From NCBI GenBank assembly GCA_051294375.1, contig CM119264.1:7275814-7339813 (forward strand): 64,000 nucleotides of DNA. The letters run 5' to 3'. Positions 47,166-61,746 of the stretch are shown here, in pieces. The position numbers and the translations under genes are program-made. The stretch's first letter is position 1; each line of letters starts with the position of its first letter. Source of the DNA: Paraspadella gotoi. Lineage: Eukaryota; Animalia; Chaetognatha. The notes beneath the pieces were generated by a model. The model saw only the letters and a list, made by a program, of their open reading frames with translations, ran no database searches and was not told the origin of the DNA.

Positions 47166-50100
47166 GAGAGAGATAATTAAGCGCGTCTTACATCGACGGG
47201 AATGCCGGCTGCCTAAATCTTGGTCTGAAGCAGAAGGAAGAATTAGAAAGAAAAAAATTTTCGCGATTTTTTTTTCGAATGCAATGAGAATTAAAAAAAA
47301 AAGAATTTAAAAAAAGAAAGAAATCTGTGTATTTTTTTATCAACTTTTTTTTTTTCCTTTCTCCGTGGATTCGTTTCGAATTTTGCGGAAAATCTTTTTT
47401 TTTTTTGTTAAGTCTTTTTAATTTTCAAGCCAAGCCACTCAAAAGCAGTTCATACAATAATTGCTCATTAAACGAAATAACAATACAAGAACCGAAGGGT
47501 TGTATTTAAAAACATTGACTTGTTGACTGTCGAATCCCAGACTGTCTGAGCAAAGAGACCCTGCGACCGACAAATCTCTCATGCTTATTTATTAATGTTC
47601 CTCGATTTCGACGAGTGTTTTTGGTAAAGTTGATCGATTGGCTGCCGAGACGATCAAGTTTTTTTTTTACTATAAGAACAAGAACATTCTTAGTAATCAA
47701 ATATAAATAAATTAATGTTGCAAAAGTTTAATTTGTTCGTGTCTAACTTTCAAAAATAATAAAATAATAATAAAATATATGGTGTGATTCTTTAAATTTA
47801 TTTTCAAAAATGTGAAAGTTTCCATTACTCATCGTTATTCTAACTGGAAAACGTTGAAAAAAAAAAAAACTCTTTTTTTTTGTTAAGAAAACATTGACGA
47901 CGACGACGACGACGACAAGATAACATGACAGTGACGACAACGACGCAGCGATGACGTGACAAGGACGGATGATGAACTGCGATGATGGACGATGTGAGGA
48001 GGACGACCGACGATGACGAGGAAACGAGCGACGAAAACGACAGACCGGGAAAAACGACGAAAAAAAAGCTGACTTTCGGGGAAGACACGTCGTCGTCAAC
48101 TTCCACGTCGATCGAAGGATATTTTTTTTTTTACTTCGTAATTTAAGAAAAAAACGGAAAAAATATTGTTAAAAAAAGGGACAAAAAATAAAAATTGTCA
48201 AAACATAAGAAAAGAAAAACTTGGGGGGGAAGGCATACTTTCCTCTTCGTGTGACTTTTTTTTCAAAATTCAACATTCATTTTAACTAAAATAAACAATT
48301 CGGCGTCGCGTGATATATTCACTTATTCAGTGCACGAAGTAGTTTTTTGCGTCATGAGCGACATTTCCCAAACCACGGATGTATTTTGTTACTTTTTAAT
48401 TTTCACGACGTATTCATTCGTATGAGAATAGTCGTGACTTTTTCTCCACCGTCCCACCAATTCTTATAGCGCCCTTTTTACTTAACCTTAAGAGTCTCTC
48501 TCTCTCTCTCTCCAAACATCTTCTCAGCGCATTTCCTTGTAACTCCTCCCCTTCAAAATTTATCTCAAATTCCCGAATTTCGTTCCTCATGTTGTTTCGT
48601 TCGTTCGTCGTGTCGATCGTCGTCGTCGTCGTCGTCGTCGTCGTTTCGTCGTTGTTCGTCGTTTCGACTTTTCTAAGTTGGTTCAAACAATTTCGCCAAT
48701 ATTTCATTTTCTCTTTTCTCAAATCCGATCTCATCTCGATTCTCGTAGATTCAAACGGGTTTTATATTTTTTTTTAATTACTATTTTAGAATCGCATGGA
48801 TTATCATTACAAACTTAAATCAACGAAAAAAAAAATATTCGCGAAAAGTTTTTTCAATCCTTTTTAGTTGTTTACCTCTTATCGTTTTAGCTATATTTAC
48901 CAGAAAAAGACAAATTTAATTTAAAATTTAACTTAATTTTAAGGCTTTTCAGAGATCCGCCTACATTTTGGTAAATGGAGCCCCGAGAAGCTTTCATTAC
49001 AGCCTTTAGTAAAGGCTTTACGACCCTGGGAGCCTTTTCCGATGTCCGGGAATCCACTCATGAGATTCGGGAAAAAAAATTAAAAAGAAATGAAAGGAAA
49101 GTGACGTCAAAAGAGAGGATGCCATGATAAATTGACCAGTGTGATTGCCACGCTTAACTAACGCACTTACTGTAAATGACGAAAGATCTTCAGTTTTTTT
49201 TGATAGAAACTGTACATTGTACTATTGTACAATGAAATCTTATAGTTTGACACAATCGGGAAATCACAATTTTAACCTCAACTTTAACCACGATTTAAAA
49301 AAAGAGGACCAAATGAAAGACAACCGACTGAGGAAACAAGTTTTCTTTATTTTAATATCGAACGAAATTTTTTTTTTAATCTCGTCAGTGGTCAGGACTG
49401 GCGGAAATGAAGTCGGGGTCAAGGTCAAATCCGAGGAGAGAGACCCGCGGTGAAGGGGGTCCGGGGAGGGTGGTAGAAGGTAAATTAATAAAGCGCTATA
49501 CTCGCGCATTGTAACTTGAAATACAAGGCAGCCAGAATATTTAAAAAAGAAATGGGTTATGAAAAAAATATAAGTAATATTAAATTCATTTATAATTATT
49601 TAAGAAAAAAAAATATTCGGTGGATTTTCGATCTGGGAATTTGAGGCGTCCCGATTTCCGATCTGTTCTGGCGTTACACCGCGAAACCGCGATTAAAACA
49701 AAGACTCGAGTCCGTCCTTGTCCCCTCTAAAGATTTCATATCTGACAAACCAGAAGTGAGAGCGTTTGGGAGTTTTTCTGTCGTGTCTGTCGGGCCGTCC
49801 TCTATCCCTACGCTATCTGTCCAATCGTCCAACCGATCTGAACTTATTTTCGCCCCAAATTCTTTCTCATAAACGTCTTTGTTTTTTTTTGGCGTCGACA
49901 CTATTAATAAAACCAACCCAATTATGAAAAAAAGTAATTGTAAAGTATTTTTGAATATAATATTAAGCTTACTTATTTCATATCAGATATTATAATATAT
50001 ATGATGGTAAGAGGATCTGTTAGTGTTGTCTTCTGGAACTTATTACTCTGGCTCACATTTTAATCAACCATCTTTTTGTTTCCCTCAATTCAACCTGCCA

Positions 50101-50359
50101 CTTGAAAGTTTCCAATTTTCCCTGTCACTCTTATCCGTCATTCGACGCTCGAAAGCGCGAGACAAAGTTTCTTCTTCTCCTTTCTTCATTTATATTTTCA
50201 AAATTTGGAAACGAAAAAATTACTTTTTCCAGACAAAAAAAGATTGAAGCTCTGTTCGGTTTTTCTTTCACAAAAAAAAAAATGGCTCCAACGGGGGATA
50301 TTTAGTTTCTTTTATTTAATTTTTATGCGTTTGAGTAAATTATAAACGAGAGAGCAGAG

Positions 50360-50402
<43 letters not shown>

Positions 50403-51974
50403 GAGAGAGAAGAGAGAGAGAGAGAGAGAGCAAGAGATACAGAGAGGAGGGAAAAGACAAAGAACTGTCCCTTTCGGGAAAAAATGTAATTTTATACAGC
50501 TATTTATCTTAAAGGCGGATTTTTTAGTAGACGAGGAGAGATATATATTATACAGTACCGTGTCTTGGCTTTCCTTCATAAGTCCAGGGAAGCTATATCT
50601 TCTTATTAAAATAAATGGAATGACTTGAATATGCATGTGCTGGGATGGAAACTCGGTATGGGTCTATTCCCCATTCTATATTTCAAAAAAAAATTTTGAA
50701 AGTTTTTGTTTGACATCATTTTAAAACAAAAATTTAATTTGCATACTGTGCTCAAAATACTTCAAACGATATATTTTTTTTTCTCAATAAAAATTAATCT
50801 AACATTACTTGGTTCTAATGGTAAAAGTGTTAGACTGAATAAAAAAATTTTTTTTATTAATTTATGGCATAGTTGCTAATTTATAATAATAGCTTATTAT
50901 TTATTTTTTATTTATTTAGTTCAACTTTTTATTATAGAAAATTTAATAGTTGATTGATAGGCAATCTTATTCCTGTTAATCAAATTATATTGCTTTTTTA
51001 TTATTTAACTAAATAGTGATTTTTTAATATATTACTACAAAATTAGATTTTTTGATAAATAATATTTTTAAAAAAAAATTTATGCAAAACTATTGGTGAA
51101 ATATTACTGATTACAAATATATAAATTTTTTTTTAAATTTGGATAACCCATGAAAGAAAACAGCACCCAAAAAAAGCCCTAAAAAATGGTCAAAAACACC
51201 TATTTTTAAACCTTTCTAAAACTGCAATAACCGCGAATTTTCAACTCAAATTTTGTAAGGTATATTAGAATTAGTAGTATTTTATTGCCTGAAAATTCAA
51301 AGACGTAGTAATAATTTTACCTAATTATACAGATTAAATAGCGGAGACATCCTAAAAAATTATGCTAATTTTATATTTTGCTGATGTTGTCTCGCGTTTC
51401 TCGTATTTTTTTTATATCTTAGTTCTTCTTCTTTTATTACCTCTCCCTTTCTTTCCTTCATTCTCCTCTCTTTAAAAAATGAAGAAACGCGCTGTGATTT
51501 TATCGAGGATATGCATTTTATGATGTGGTTTTCAATAACAAATTTGGCCGGGACCGTGGGCGGCTATATTAAGCATCAGTGATACGTCAATCTGAACAAG
51601 TTTGAGCAATGTTGGATCTGCCCAACGATCATTAGCGGCTAATTAATTAATTAATACAAACTTATATAAACTAAAAATAATAATTTAATTAATAAAATTA
51701 ATTTTATGATTGATTAAATAATTAATTCATTTATAAAATAAATTGATATTGAATATTAATTAATAGATTAACTAAATGAATTTATTTGATTGAAGAAATG
51801 ATTGAATTAATTAATTATTTATTAATGAATATTTATTAATTAATTAAACTAATGATTAATTAACTGATTAATTTATTTGATTTAATTAATACATCCTTGC
51901 ATTTACATTTATATAAAAAGAAAAAAAGAAGGCATAATCAATTAGTTGAAACAGGTTTTTTGTTTTCTATTTTA

Positions 51975-52320
51975 AAAACTCATTTCCATGAGACGATTCC
52001 ACCGAAACCTGATTTCCAGCTTAATCACCACACTTTTCTTTCCCACATAAAAAATTTCAAGTTCAATCGCCCAGGTCCACTCTATGAAATAATGTTTCAA
52101 ACAGCTGAAATTATATTTTTTTGGTTTCTTCCATTTAAACCTCATTTCCACTCGCCACGATTCCATGAAACTTCATATCCAGCTTAATTCACACCACTTC
52201 CCTACCCACACAAAATTTCTTTCCAATGCCATCAATCCAATCACGAAGCAATTAGAGTTTTTTGCTAAGCGTTGACGGACATACAGACAGACCGACGGGA
52301 CAAACATCGTTTTTTTCCAT
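51975..52320. mobile_element. Probable non-autonomous repeat with an internal direct repeat and a GACA/GACG microsatellite near its end (DINE/Helentron-like)
   Basis: ccatga...tccagcttaat..caccac...cccaca..aaatttc occurs twice, followed by gacggacatacagacagaccgacgg. The family assignment is inference. Confidence 0.3.
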
Positions 52321-52926
52321 AATTTATCATAATTCAATGTTCTGACATGATACAAGTGAATGCCCAACAAGATTGAGGAGGTGCGGGACCGACGGACCGA
52401 CAAAGTGAATTATATTTTCGGGATTCTGCTTATAAGCAGATCCAAAGAAAGACACCATGGCCAAGAGCGCTTAAGATAAGCTGGTAAATAAGCCTGGGCC
52501 GGCAAGGCCAAATAAAATAAAAATATCTATTTTTGTACTAACTTGTTATTTAGGCTGACACAAATTTTTAATTTTTCTTTATCTTCTTTTAAATGCAATA
52601 GTTAGAGATTTTTTTAGTTGCGTCTGCAAATACAAAAACAATAAAGAATGTGTCATTGAATACAAAGGGCTAAGGAAAGTTATTTAAGTTAATACTTGGC
52701 AAACTGGTAAGACCATAAACTAATTTAACTATGCTTCTTGTGCATGTTTTCATACTTGTGTACAATGTGCTAGTCAACATGCCACGCAAAACTACAGTCA
52801 TATGAATCACAAAGTATTGGTTAAGCATATTTTCATGTAATGTTGTGTATTGAAGTTTGGGGAAAAGAAAGATGGGCTGCTTCTTTTTGACTGATTGCGG
52901 ACTTTTCCCAGAACAAAAACTCTATG

Positions 52927-53218
52927 GCCGAATTATGCAATTTACCAAATTATCCAATTTTACAGAATTATGCAAGTTGACCAAATTATTGCAAGTTGAA
53001 CCGAATTATGCAAGTTGACCAAATTATGCAAGTTGACCAAATTATGCAAGTTTACCAGAAATTAATGCAAGTTTGACCAAATTATGCAAGTTGACCAAAT
53101 TATGCAATGTGACCAAATATGCAAGTTTGACCAAATTATGCAACGTTAACTACATTATGCCAGTTGACAAAATTATTCTAGGTTGAACAAATTACGCAAG
53201 TTGACCAAATTATGCAAG
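52927..53218. repeat. Minisatellite, ~18-bp unit CCAAATTATGCAAGTTGA, ~15 degenerate copies
   Basis: Directly visible head-to-tail units with no spacers. Confidence 0.9.
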
Positions 53219-53433
53219 TGGTATTGGCGCAAACAACTGGTATTTGAATGATCAATTGATATACAAATAATTCATAAATTTATAAAAAAGGTCGTCAATG
53301 ATTTGTTATGATTTTGTTTATGATCTGTTTAAGATCACAAATTGAAAGTCAGAAAGAATTTATCGTGATTTATCCAGCAGCATTAGGCTTTTTTGTATTA
53401 TGGTGGACTAAATTCCAGCAAACAGCTTCATCA

Positions 53434-53620
53434 GCGACCATTGGTTGCGGAGGCAAGTCATTCGCCTCCCAACCCAAAGGTCAGGGGTTTCTAGCACGCC
53501 GTGGTCGCCTAGCAGTTAGAAGGGATGGGAGCGCTTACCCGCCTGTAACTGGTGTTCAGCATCCGAAGCTTAAGGACTGCTTATATTGAACGTTCTGTCA
53601 GTAACACATAAACAATTATT
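53434..53620 (+). mobile_element. tRNA-derived SINE-like element
   Basis: The 75-nt head (53434-53508) has an acceptor-like stem GCGACCA/TGGTCGC, an A-box-like TGGTTGCGGAGG, an anticodon-loop-like CTCCCAA and a degenerate B-box GGGTTTCTAGC, followed by an unrelated body. Confidence 0.55.
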
Positions 53621-53799
53621 CCTGTTCTCTTCAGTTATGCAGACTTTAAGATGCCTGATTTCTCCTTTTCTAAAAAACCTATTTAAAATACGGGGAGAAG
53701 GATGTCTAATATTTTTGGGATCACAACCGCCCATCGAAAATAATGGAAAATTATGGCTAAAATCTTAAGCAGAAAATCAAAGTTTTTTAATTGTGCAAT

Positions 53800-54870
53800 G
53801 AGTTTTTTATTTATTCAAAAATACTGGACATGTTTAGGCTTGTAGTTTGTTCAAGCCTTCATCAGGCCGTCTATAACATTTTTGCAAATATTGAAAATTT
53901 TTTTGTGCAGAAGAAGAGTATGAGAGAGAGAAGAGGTGTAAAGTTTTCCAACAAAGATGTGGTGAGACAGAGTTTAGTGTCAGATGTGAGGACAGGGATA
54001 ACGGTGAGGACAGATTGAGTGAGTTGTAGAAAAAGAAGGTGAAACTAGTTAGAGAGAAGAGAGAATGGAGACGATGCAGAGAAAACAACAGGGATAAATA
54101 AATAATAAGATACATTGTGCAATGTTACAACAGAGAATATAATAATTTGAAAATACTAAATGTTAGTGAAATTAACAATTAACTAAAGAATAAATATGTG
54201 ATTAGCTAAGGGATAGAAAGTGAAATGTGAAATTTGAAATGGAAAGAAAGTTGTTAGTATTCAATGATAAATAAGTGATTAGGAAAGTGAAATTCAAGCG
54301 ATTAAGAAAGAGCTCAAATTGAGCTGGCCCCCCTTGGTTTATGCCAATTGAAGGACATGACGAAGGTGACGGTCATTGGCGCGTCAATGGATTGAGAGGA
54401 GAGTGGATTGAACCAGTAAATGCCGCATTTGGGATTGTACCAGGAGAAAGAGCCCCAAGGCCACTCTTATATCTCTCTGGCCTGATTCGCCTGCCGACTG
54501 CCCTGCTTCTGCCTTGGCGAGGCGGGCGGCTGTCGTTTTGGGGCGACGCTCAGTCCACAGAGGGGGGGCTGAGTTGCTTCCATTGAGGCGAGTGGAATCG
54601 TTTAGTCCATTGCCTCGCCAAGGTGTCTCCGCCTGTCTCGTTGAGTATAAATAGGGAATCATTGTGTGGACGTCCGCGGTGGCGGCGGGCTCCACCATGC
54701 TTTTTGATAAGCGATATCATAGCTTGGAGGAGTCGATTCGTCCTCCATCACGGTTCAAAGAGGGCTCGAGGGCTTTGATGTAATTCCTCTCTAAATACCT
54801 CTTGAGAACCAGTTTTCGGGTCATGGACAGCACGAGACAGTCTGACTCCCTGAAACAGTGGCCTGTACAG
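53800..54870 (-). mobile_element. 5'-truncated Penelope-like retroelement (GIY-YIG C-terminus plus 3' region with a decayed hammerhead)
   Basis: 54870-54717 encodes TGHCFRESDCLVLSMTRKLVLKRYLERNYIKALEPSLNRDGG, a typical PLE endonuclease C-terminus. Downstream at 53870-53822: CTGATGA-A-GGCTTG-loop-CAAGCC-TAAA-CATG-TC. Confidence 0.75.
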
Positions 54871-55654
54871 ATGGTAAAAATCTTAAAGGTAAGAATAAAT
54901 AAATTCAGCCTAATCATAGCACAGTTCTCTCACGAGTCAAGTTCCAACTGAACAGAAAAAAAAGTGACAGAGCAAAAGAGAGAGAGAATCATTAGAGAGA
55001 GAAAGATAGGGAGAGTGAGGAGAGAGAGAGCAAAGCGAATGAAAGAAAGAAAGGGAGAGTAATAAAAGAAGAAATAAACAGAGAGATAGAAAAAAAAATA
55101 CGAGAAAACTTAGACAACCTCAGCCAAAATTTTAAAATTACCTGAATTTCTTAGACGTCTCACTATTAAATCTGTATAATCTCCATCTAAAAAAAAAAAA
55201 AAAAAAAAAAAAAACTTTTCTCCATCTCTGAAAAACTTCTTAAAATTAATTTTTTTTCTCATTACATCCGCGTTCATTTTGATTTAAACTTTAAGTTTAA
55301 TTACAACGAAACACGTCCTAAAATTTTCATTTTCCTTCAATAGTTGGAGCGAATAGTCCGACATTATCATCGGTAAATGGTTAATCGAAACTCCCGGGTG
55401 GCGTCTTTTTCGACTCAATTTTTTTTCTTCTTCATTTTCTTGATTTATTTTCCACCAAATTTATTTTCTTAACTCGCGTCGACCTTCTGCAGAGATTCGC
55501 CCGTCGTTGCATTCAGAAACATTAACGTCAAGAGCGAAGAAAAACGAGTCTAAATCATTTGGCTACAAAAAAATAAATAAATAAAAAACCTAATTGAACC
55601 ACCTAAAACTTTTCATGTGAACGACTACAGTGATTTAAGTTTTGAGGTTAAAAA

Positions 55655-56052
55655 AAAATGATGAAAATGACGTCTGCCTCGTTGTTTTTGTTATTGATTA
55701 TGACTACGACGACGACGATGATGATGATGATGCTGATGATGAAGATGATAACGACGATGATGATGATAACGACGACGATGATGATGATGATGAAGATGAT
55801 GCTGATGATGAAGATGATAACGACGATGATGATGATGATGATGATGGTGCTGATGATGAAGATGATAACGACGATGATGATGATAACGACGATGATGATG
55901 ATGATGAAGATGATGATGATAATGATGAAGATGATAACGACAGCAGTGATGACCAAATCAATAACGAGGATGCAGATGTTAACGATACGGATAACGAATG
56001 TTGTCAATGTCATAGACGATGACGACGAAAACGACGACGAAAACGACGACGA
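55655..56052. repeat. (GAT/GAC)n trinucleotide low-complexity tract (paralogous tract at ~44135-44525)
   Basis: Visible directly; the frame is not conserved between the two copies. Confidence 0.85.
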
Positions 56053-56373
56053 TCTCAAACTTAAAGGATAACATAAAATCCTTCTTTTTCTGTTGCGCAA
56101 ACAGCTACGTCGCTCTCTTTTTGCATCAAAGGTCGTAGGATCCAGGCCGATCCTTTTCTTTTCTTTTCTTTTCTTTTCTTTTTTTTATCTTTTTTTTCTT
56201 TCTTTTCTTTCTTTCTTTTCTCTCTTTTTTTCTTTTCTTTTTCTTTTCTTTTCTTTTCTTTTTTCTTTTCTTCTTCTTTTACTTTAATCTCACATGTAAA
56301 AAACACAACAACAAGGCTTAAGCTCCCGATGGCCATGTGTCAAAAATAAACGAAAACTTGTTTGAAGGAGAGT

Positions 56374-56422
<49 letters not shown>

Positions 56423-56429
56423 GGAGAGA

Positions 56430-56483
<54 letters not shown>

Positions 56484-59353
56484 AGAGAAAGAATGATCAA
56501 AGGTTCTCGAACTCGCTCGACGATATTTATTAAGTGCATCGCCTTTTCTAATTAAGTTCGTTTTTCGTTCTTTAATTCGATAAGACGTCGGGCGAAACGA
56601 AGACCGATTTTCTGTGTAAATGTTCAATTCTGTTTGTTTCAAGCATTAAAACAAAAAATCTCTCTCTCTCCTCTCTCTCTTCTCTCTCTCTCTCTCTCCT
56701 CTCTCTCCTCTCTCTCTCTCTCTCTCTCCTCTTCTCTCTCTCTCTTCTCTCTTCTCTACTAGAAGCGAACCAAAAAAAAAAAAAATTAAATGTAAAAAAA
56801 AGAAGAAAAAAGACATTAAGCAAAGTGCATCACAGTACGAGGTTTAACGACCGTATTAATTACTGTATCATCTCTCCGACGAGATAGTAAAGCTTCTTTA
56901 AATACAGATCAATTTCGATACGGGTTTGTAATTTTAGGTTGTGTTGGGAGAGGGTTTTGAATTCCCTTTTGGTTTTTTTAATGTTAAAAACTCGATGAAA
57001 ACTAAAAAAGATAAACAGGAAAGATTCAACAGATGTCCCGAGATGTAACTGAGAGAAGGACTTGAGCCGCAAACCAACTACAAAGTTACTCGCGATTAAA
57101 ATCAAATTTAACATCTTATCGATTTAACCCTAGGTTTTACTCGCCGGTCACAACAATCAACGCTGAGTCATGGGCGTAAACAAATAATGAAAACATGTAC
57201 GGCCTTTATTAAGAAAAAAAATATTTAAAACTATCAATTCATTAAAAGTTTACTTAGTTTACTTAAAATTCAAAAACTATTAAAGTTAAAATCGATGGCG
57301 CCATAAATTAAAGGCGTTGACTATTGACAAAGTCTCTGTAAGAAAAAAAGCAAGCAGTCGTGACGCAAGAAAAGGCAAACAAAAAAAGGAGAAAGCAACT
57401 TTCCAATTTCGGTCTCAAGCACAAAAAGAAAAAAAAAAAAGCAAAGAAAAAGCAAGAAGAAAGCGTTTCATCCTGAATCGCGAGTCGTCGCTAAATTGTC
57501 TCGCGCGGAAACTCTCGAAGCGAGAGTCGGATTGGGTGGCTTCTCAGCGGCCAACGCTCGCTATTTTTAAAGAAAGACGAGTAAACACTCTCGAGGAAGA
57601 AAGGGAGGTTTCTATCTGCGATGGCGAAGAGAGTGAGGGGGAGGAAGGGGGGAAGAGGGAGGGGAGGAAAGGGGGGGAGGGGAGAGGGGCCGGTTAGTGT
57701 GAAAAAGGTCGGAGGGAGTTGGAAAGGGCGTCTTTTTTTCTTTTTTTTAATTTTTAAAGATTCAAAATTCTAAGTTGTCATGAAAATTTGCAAATTACTC
57801 GTTTCACTATTTTCTATTTTTATATTTTATGAAGGATTTAGTATTTAATCTATATTATTTAAACAAATATATATTGCTTTCTTTTTTAAAAAAATGTTTT
57901 ATCTATCTAATAATTCAATTTGGGAAGGGGAAGTCAGTGTTGTCTTCTGGAAATAGAGGGAGCATCTACACAACACAAGGTTAGATTACTATCTGTCCTA
58001 GTTTTCTAATAGCTATCACACATCATTTCTGTTAGAAGGTCATTAATGAAAAATCATAATATCTAAGAGGCTGAACAGAAATGGGTGGGAATGGATAATT
58101 TTTTGAGGGGGGACCAACGTTACATATTATTTTTTTTACCAATAGGGATAAGACTACCATGTAGAATTGTATGTTCCGATAGGGATACATACTGGGGAAA
58201 GGTCTATAGGGGCACCTTTATGTCATGAATATAATTTTAAAATACTTTAATAAAAATTATATTTTTTCTTTATCCTACTTTTTAATTATTTATTTTTTGA
58301 ATATTTTTTATCTTTTATGTTTATACAATGGTAAGATCATCAGTTGGGAACCTATACCCTTCATGGACTTCGGCTCTTTCATCCCAATCATATTTTTTCA
58401 GAATCGCAATCGTTCGAAGGAGGTTTTTGAGTTTTGACTTTGTAGAGAGAGTTGATCGATTGAGTCCTATTTTTCCTTTTTTATTTTTTAAATCCCAAGG
58501 GAAAAATCTGGGGAAAGCTCTTTTGTTCACGTTCGAAATAACATTATGATAATAAAACCATCAAATCATCAAAAGAAGAGATGGAGGGAAAAAAAGAGAG
58601 AGAGAGAGAGAGTGAGAGAGAGAGAGAGAGACAGACAGAGAGAAAGAGAGAGAGAGAGATAATCTAAGCGCGTCTTACATCGCAGGGAATGCCGCTGCCT
58701 AAATCTTTGGTCTGAAGCAGAAGGAAGAATTAGAAGAAAAAAAATTTTCCGCGATTTTTTTCGATGCAATGAGAATTAAAAAAAAAAGAATTAAAAAAAG
58801 AAGAAAATCTGTGTATTTTTTTATCAACTTTTTCGTTTTTCTTTCTCCGTGGATTCGTTTCGAATTTTTGGAAAATCTTTTTTTTTTTTTGTTAAGTCTT
58901 TAATTTTCAAGCCAAGCCACTCAAAAGCAGTTCATACAATAATTCGCTCATTAAACGAAACAATACAAAGAACCGAAGGGTTGTATTATAAAACATTGAC
59001 TGTTGACTGTCGGAATCCCAGACTGTCTGAGCAAAGAGACCTGCCGACCGACAAATCTCTCATGCTTATTTATTAATGTCCTCGATTTTCGACGAGTTTT
59101 TGGTAAAGTCGATCGATTGGCTGCCGAGACGATCAAGTTTTTTTTTATTATAAGAACAAGAACATTCTTAGTAATCAAATATAAATAAATTAATGTTGCA
59201 AAAGTTTAATTTGTTCGTGTCTAACTTTCAAAAATAATAATAAAAAATATATGGTGATTCTTTAAAATTATTTCAAAAATGTGAAAGTTTCCATTACGTC
59301 ATCGTTCTAACTTGAAAACGTTGAAAAAAAAAACTTTTTTTTGTTAAGAACAT

Positions 59354-59387
<34 letters not shown>

Positions 59388-60005
59388 AAGATAACGATGA
59401 CAGGGACGACGACGACGACAGGATGACGATGACAAGGACGATGATGACTGCGATGAGGACGATGTTGAGGAGGACGACGACGATGACGACGACGACGACG
59501 ACGGAAGACGAAAAAAGTCGACTTTCGGGAAGACGTCGTCGTCAACTTCCGCGATCGAAGGATATTTTTTTTTACTTCCTAATTTAAGAAAAACGGAAAA
59601 AATATTGTAAAAAAAGGGACAAAAAAAATGTCAAAACATAGAAAGAAAAAAACTTGGGGGGGAAAGGGCATACTTTCCTCTTCGTGTGACTTTTTTTTCA
59701 AAATTCAACATTCATTTAACTAAATAAACAATCGGCGTGATATATTCACTTATTCAGTGCACGAAGTAGTTTTTTGGTCATGAGGACATTTCCCAACCAC
59801 GATGATTTTTGTTACTTTTTAATTTTCACGACGTATTCATTCGTATGAGAATAGTCGACTTTTTCTCCACGCCCACAATTCTTATAGCCCCTTTCTACTT
59901 AACCTTAAGAGTCTCTCTCTCTCTCTCTCAAACATCTTCTCAGCGCCATTTCCTTCTAACTCCTCCCCTTCAAATTATCTCAATTCCCGAATTCGTCCTC
60001 ATGTT

Positions 60006-60037
<32 letters not shown>

Positions 60038-61648
60038 TTTCGACTTTTTTTCTAAGTTGTTCAAAATTCTCGCCAATGATCATTTTCTCTTTTCCAAATC
60101 CGATCTCATCTCGATTCTCGTAGATTCAAACGGGTTTTTATTTTTTTTAATTACTATTTAGAATTCGCACTGGATTATCATTACAAAACTTAAAATCAAC
60201 GAAAAAAAAAATATTCGCGAAAAGTTTTTTCTATCCTTTTCTAGTTGTTTACCTCTTATCGTTTTAGCTATATTTACCAGAAAAAGACAAATTTAATTAA
60301 AAAATTTAACTTAAATTTTAAGGCTTTTCAGAGATCCGCCTACATTTGGTAAATGGAGCCCCGAGAAGCTTTCATTACAGCCTTTAGTAAAGGCTTTACG
60401 GCCCTGGGAGCTTTTCCGACTCCGGGAATCCACTCATGAGATTCGGGAGAAAAAAATTAAAAAGAAATGAAAGGAAAGCTGACGTCAAAGAGGAATGCAA
60501 TGATTATTGACCAGTGTGATCGCCACTTACAATAACGCAAACTTACTGTAGAATGACGAAAGATCTTCAGTTTTGATAGAACTGTACATTGTACTATTGT
60601 ACAATGAACTTCTTATAGTTTGACACAATCGGGAAATCACAATTTTAACCTCAACTTTAACCAGATTTAAAAAAAGAGGACCAAATGAAAGACAACCGAC
60701 TGAGGAAACAAGTTTTCTTTATTTTAATATCGAAAAATTTTTTTTTAAAATTCTCGTCGTGGTCAGACTGGTCGGGAAATGAAGTCGGGGTCAGGTCAAA
60801 TCCGAGGAGAGAGACCGCGGGAGAGGGGCCGGGGATTAATAAAGCGCTATACTCGCGCATGTCAACTTGAAATACAAGGCAGCAGAATATTTAAAAAATG
60901 GGTTATGAAAAAAATATAAGTAAATTAAATGTCATTTATAATTATTAAGAAAAAAAAATATTCTGGATTTCGATCTGGGAATTGAGGCGTCCGATTTCCG
61001 TCTGTCTGGTCGTCACGCGAAACCGCGATTAAAACAAAGACTCGAGTCCGTCTGTCCCTCTAAGATTCTATCTGACAACCAGAGTGAGAGCGTTTGGGAG
61101 TTTTTTCTGTCGGTCTGTCGGGCCGTCCGTCTATCCCTACGTCTATCTGTCCAATCGTCCAACCGACTGAACTTATTTCGCCCAAATTCTTTCTCATAAA
61201 CGTCTTGTTTTTTTGGCGTCGACTATTAATAAAACCAACCCAATTATGAAAAAAAAGTAATTGTAAAATATTTTGAATAAATATTAAGCTTACTTATTTC
61301 ATATCAGATATTAATAATATGATGGTAAGAGGTCTGTTAGTGTTGTCTTCTGGAACTTATTACTCCTCACATTTTAAATCAACCATCTTTTTGTTTCCTC
61401 ATTCAACCTGCCACTTGAAGTTTCCAATTTTCCCTGTCAACTCTTATCGTCATTCGACGCTCGAAAGCGCGAGACCAAAGTTCTTCTTCTCTTTCTTCAT
61501 TTTATTTTTCAAATTTGAAACGAAAAAATTACTTTTCCGACAAAAAAAAAGATTGAACTCTGTTCGGTTTTTCTTTTCACAAAAAAAAAATGGCTCAACG
61601 GGGGATATTTAGTTCTTTTATTAATTTTTATGCGTTTGAGTAAATATA

Positions 61649-61746
<98 letters not shown>

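Noticed and set aside
49415-49428. GGGTCAAGGTCA nuclear-receptor direct repeat
   Set aside because: A short motif that is altered in the duplicate copy; a chance occurrence is plausible.
48414-49916. Coding-looking minus-strand ORFs (106 aa and 80 aa) in the duplicated block
   Set aside because: No homology recognised, not preserved in the second copy, and no consistent splice chain; a gene cannot be fully excluded given the indel noise.
52927-53218. Repeat array as CRISPR
   Set aside because: No unique spacers, no cas genes and a eukaryotic context; it is a minisatellite.
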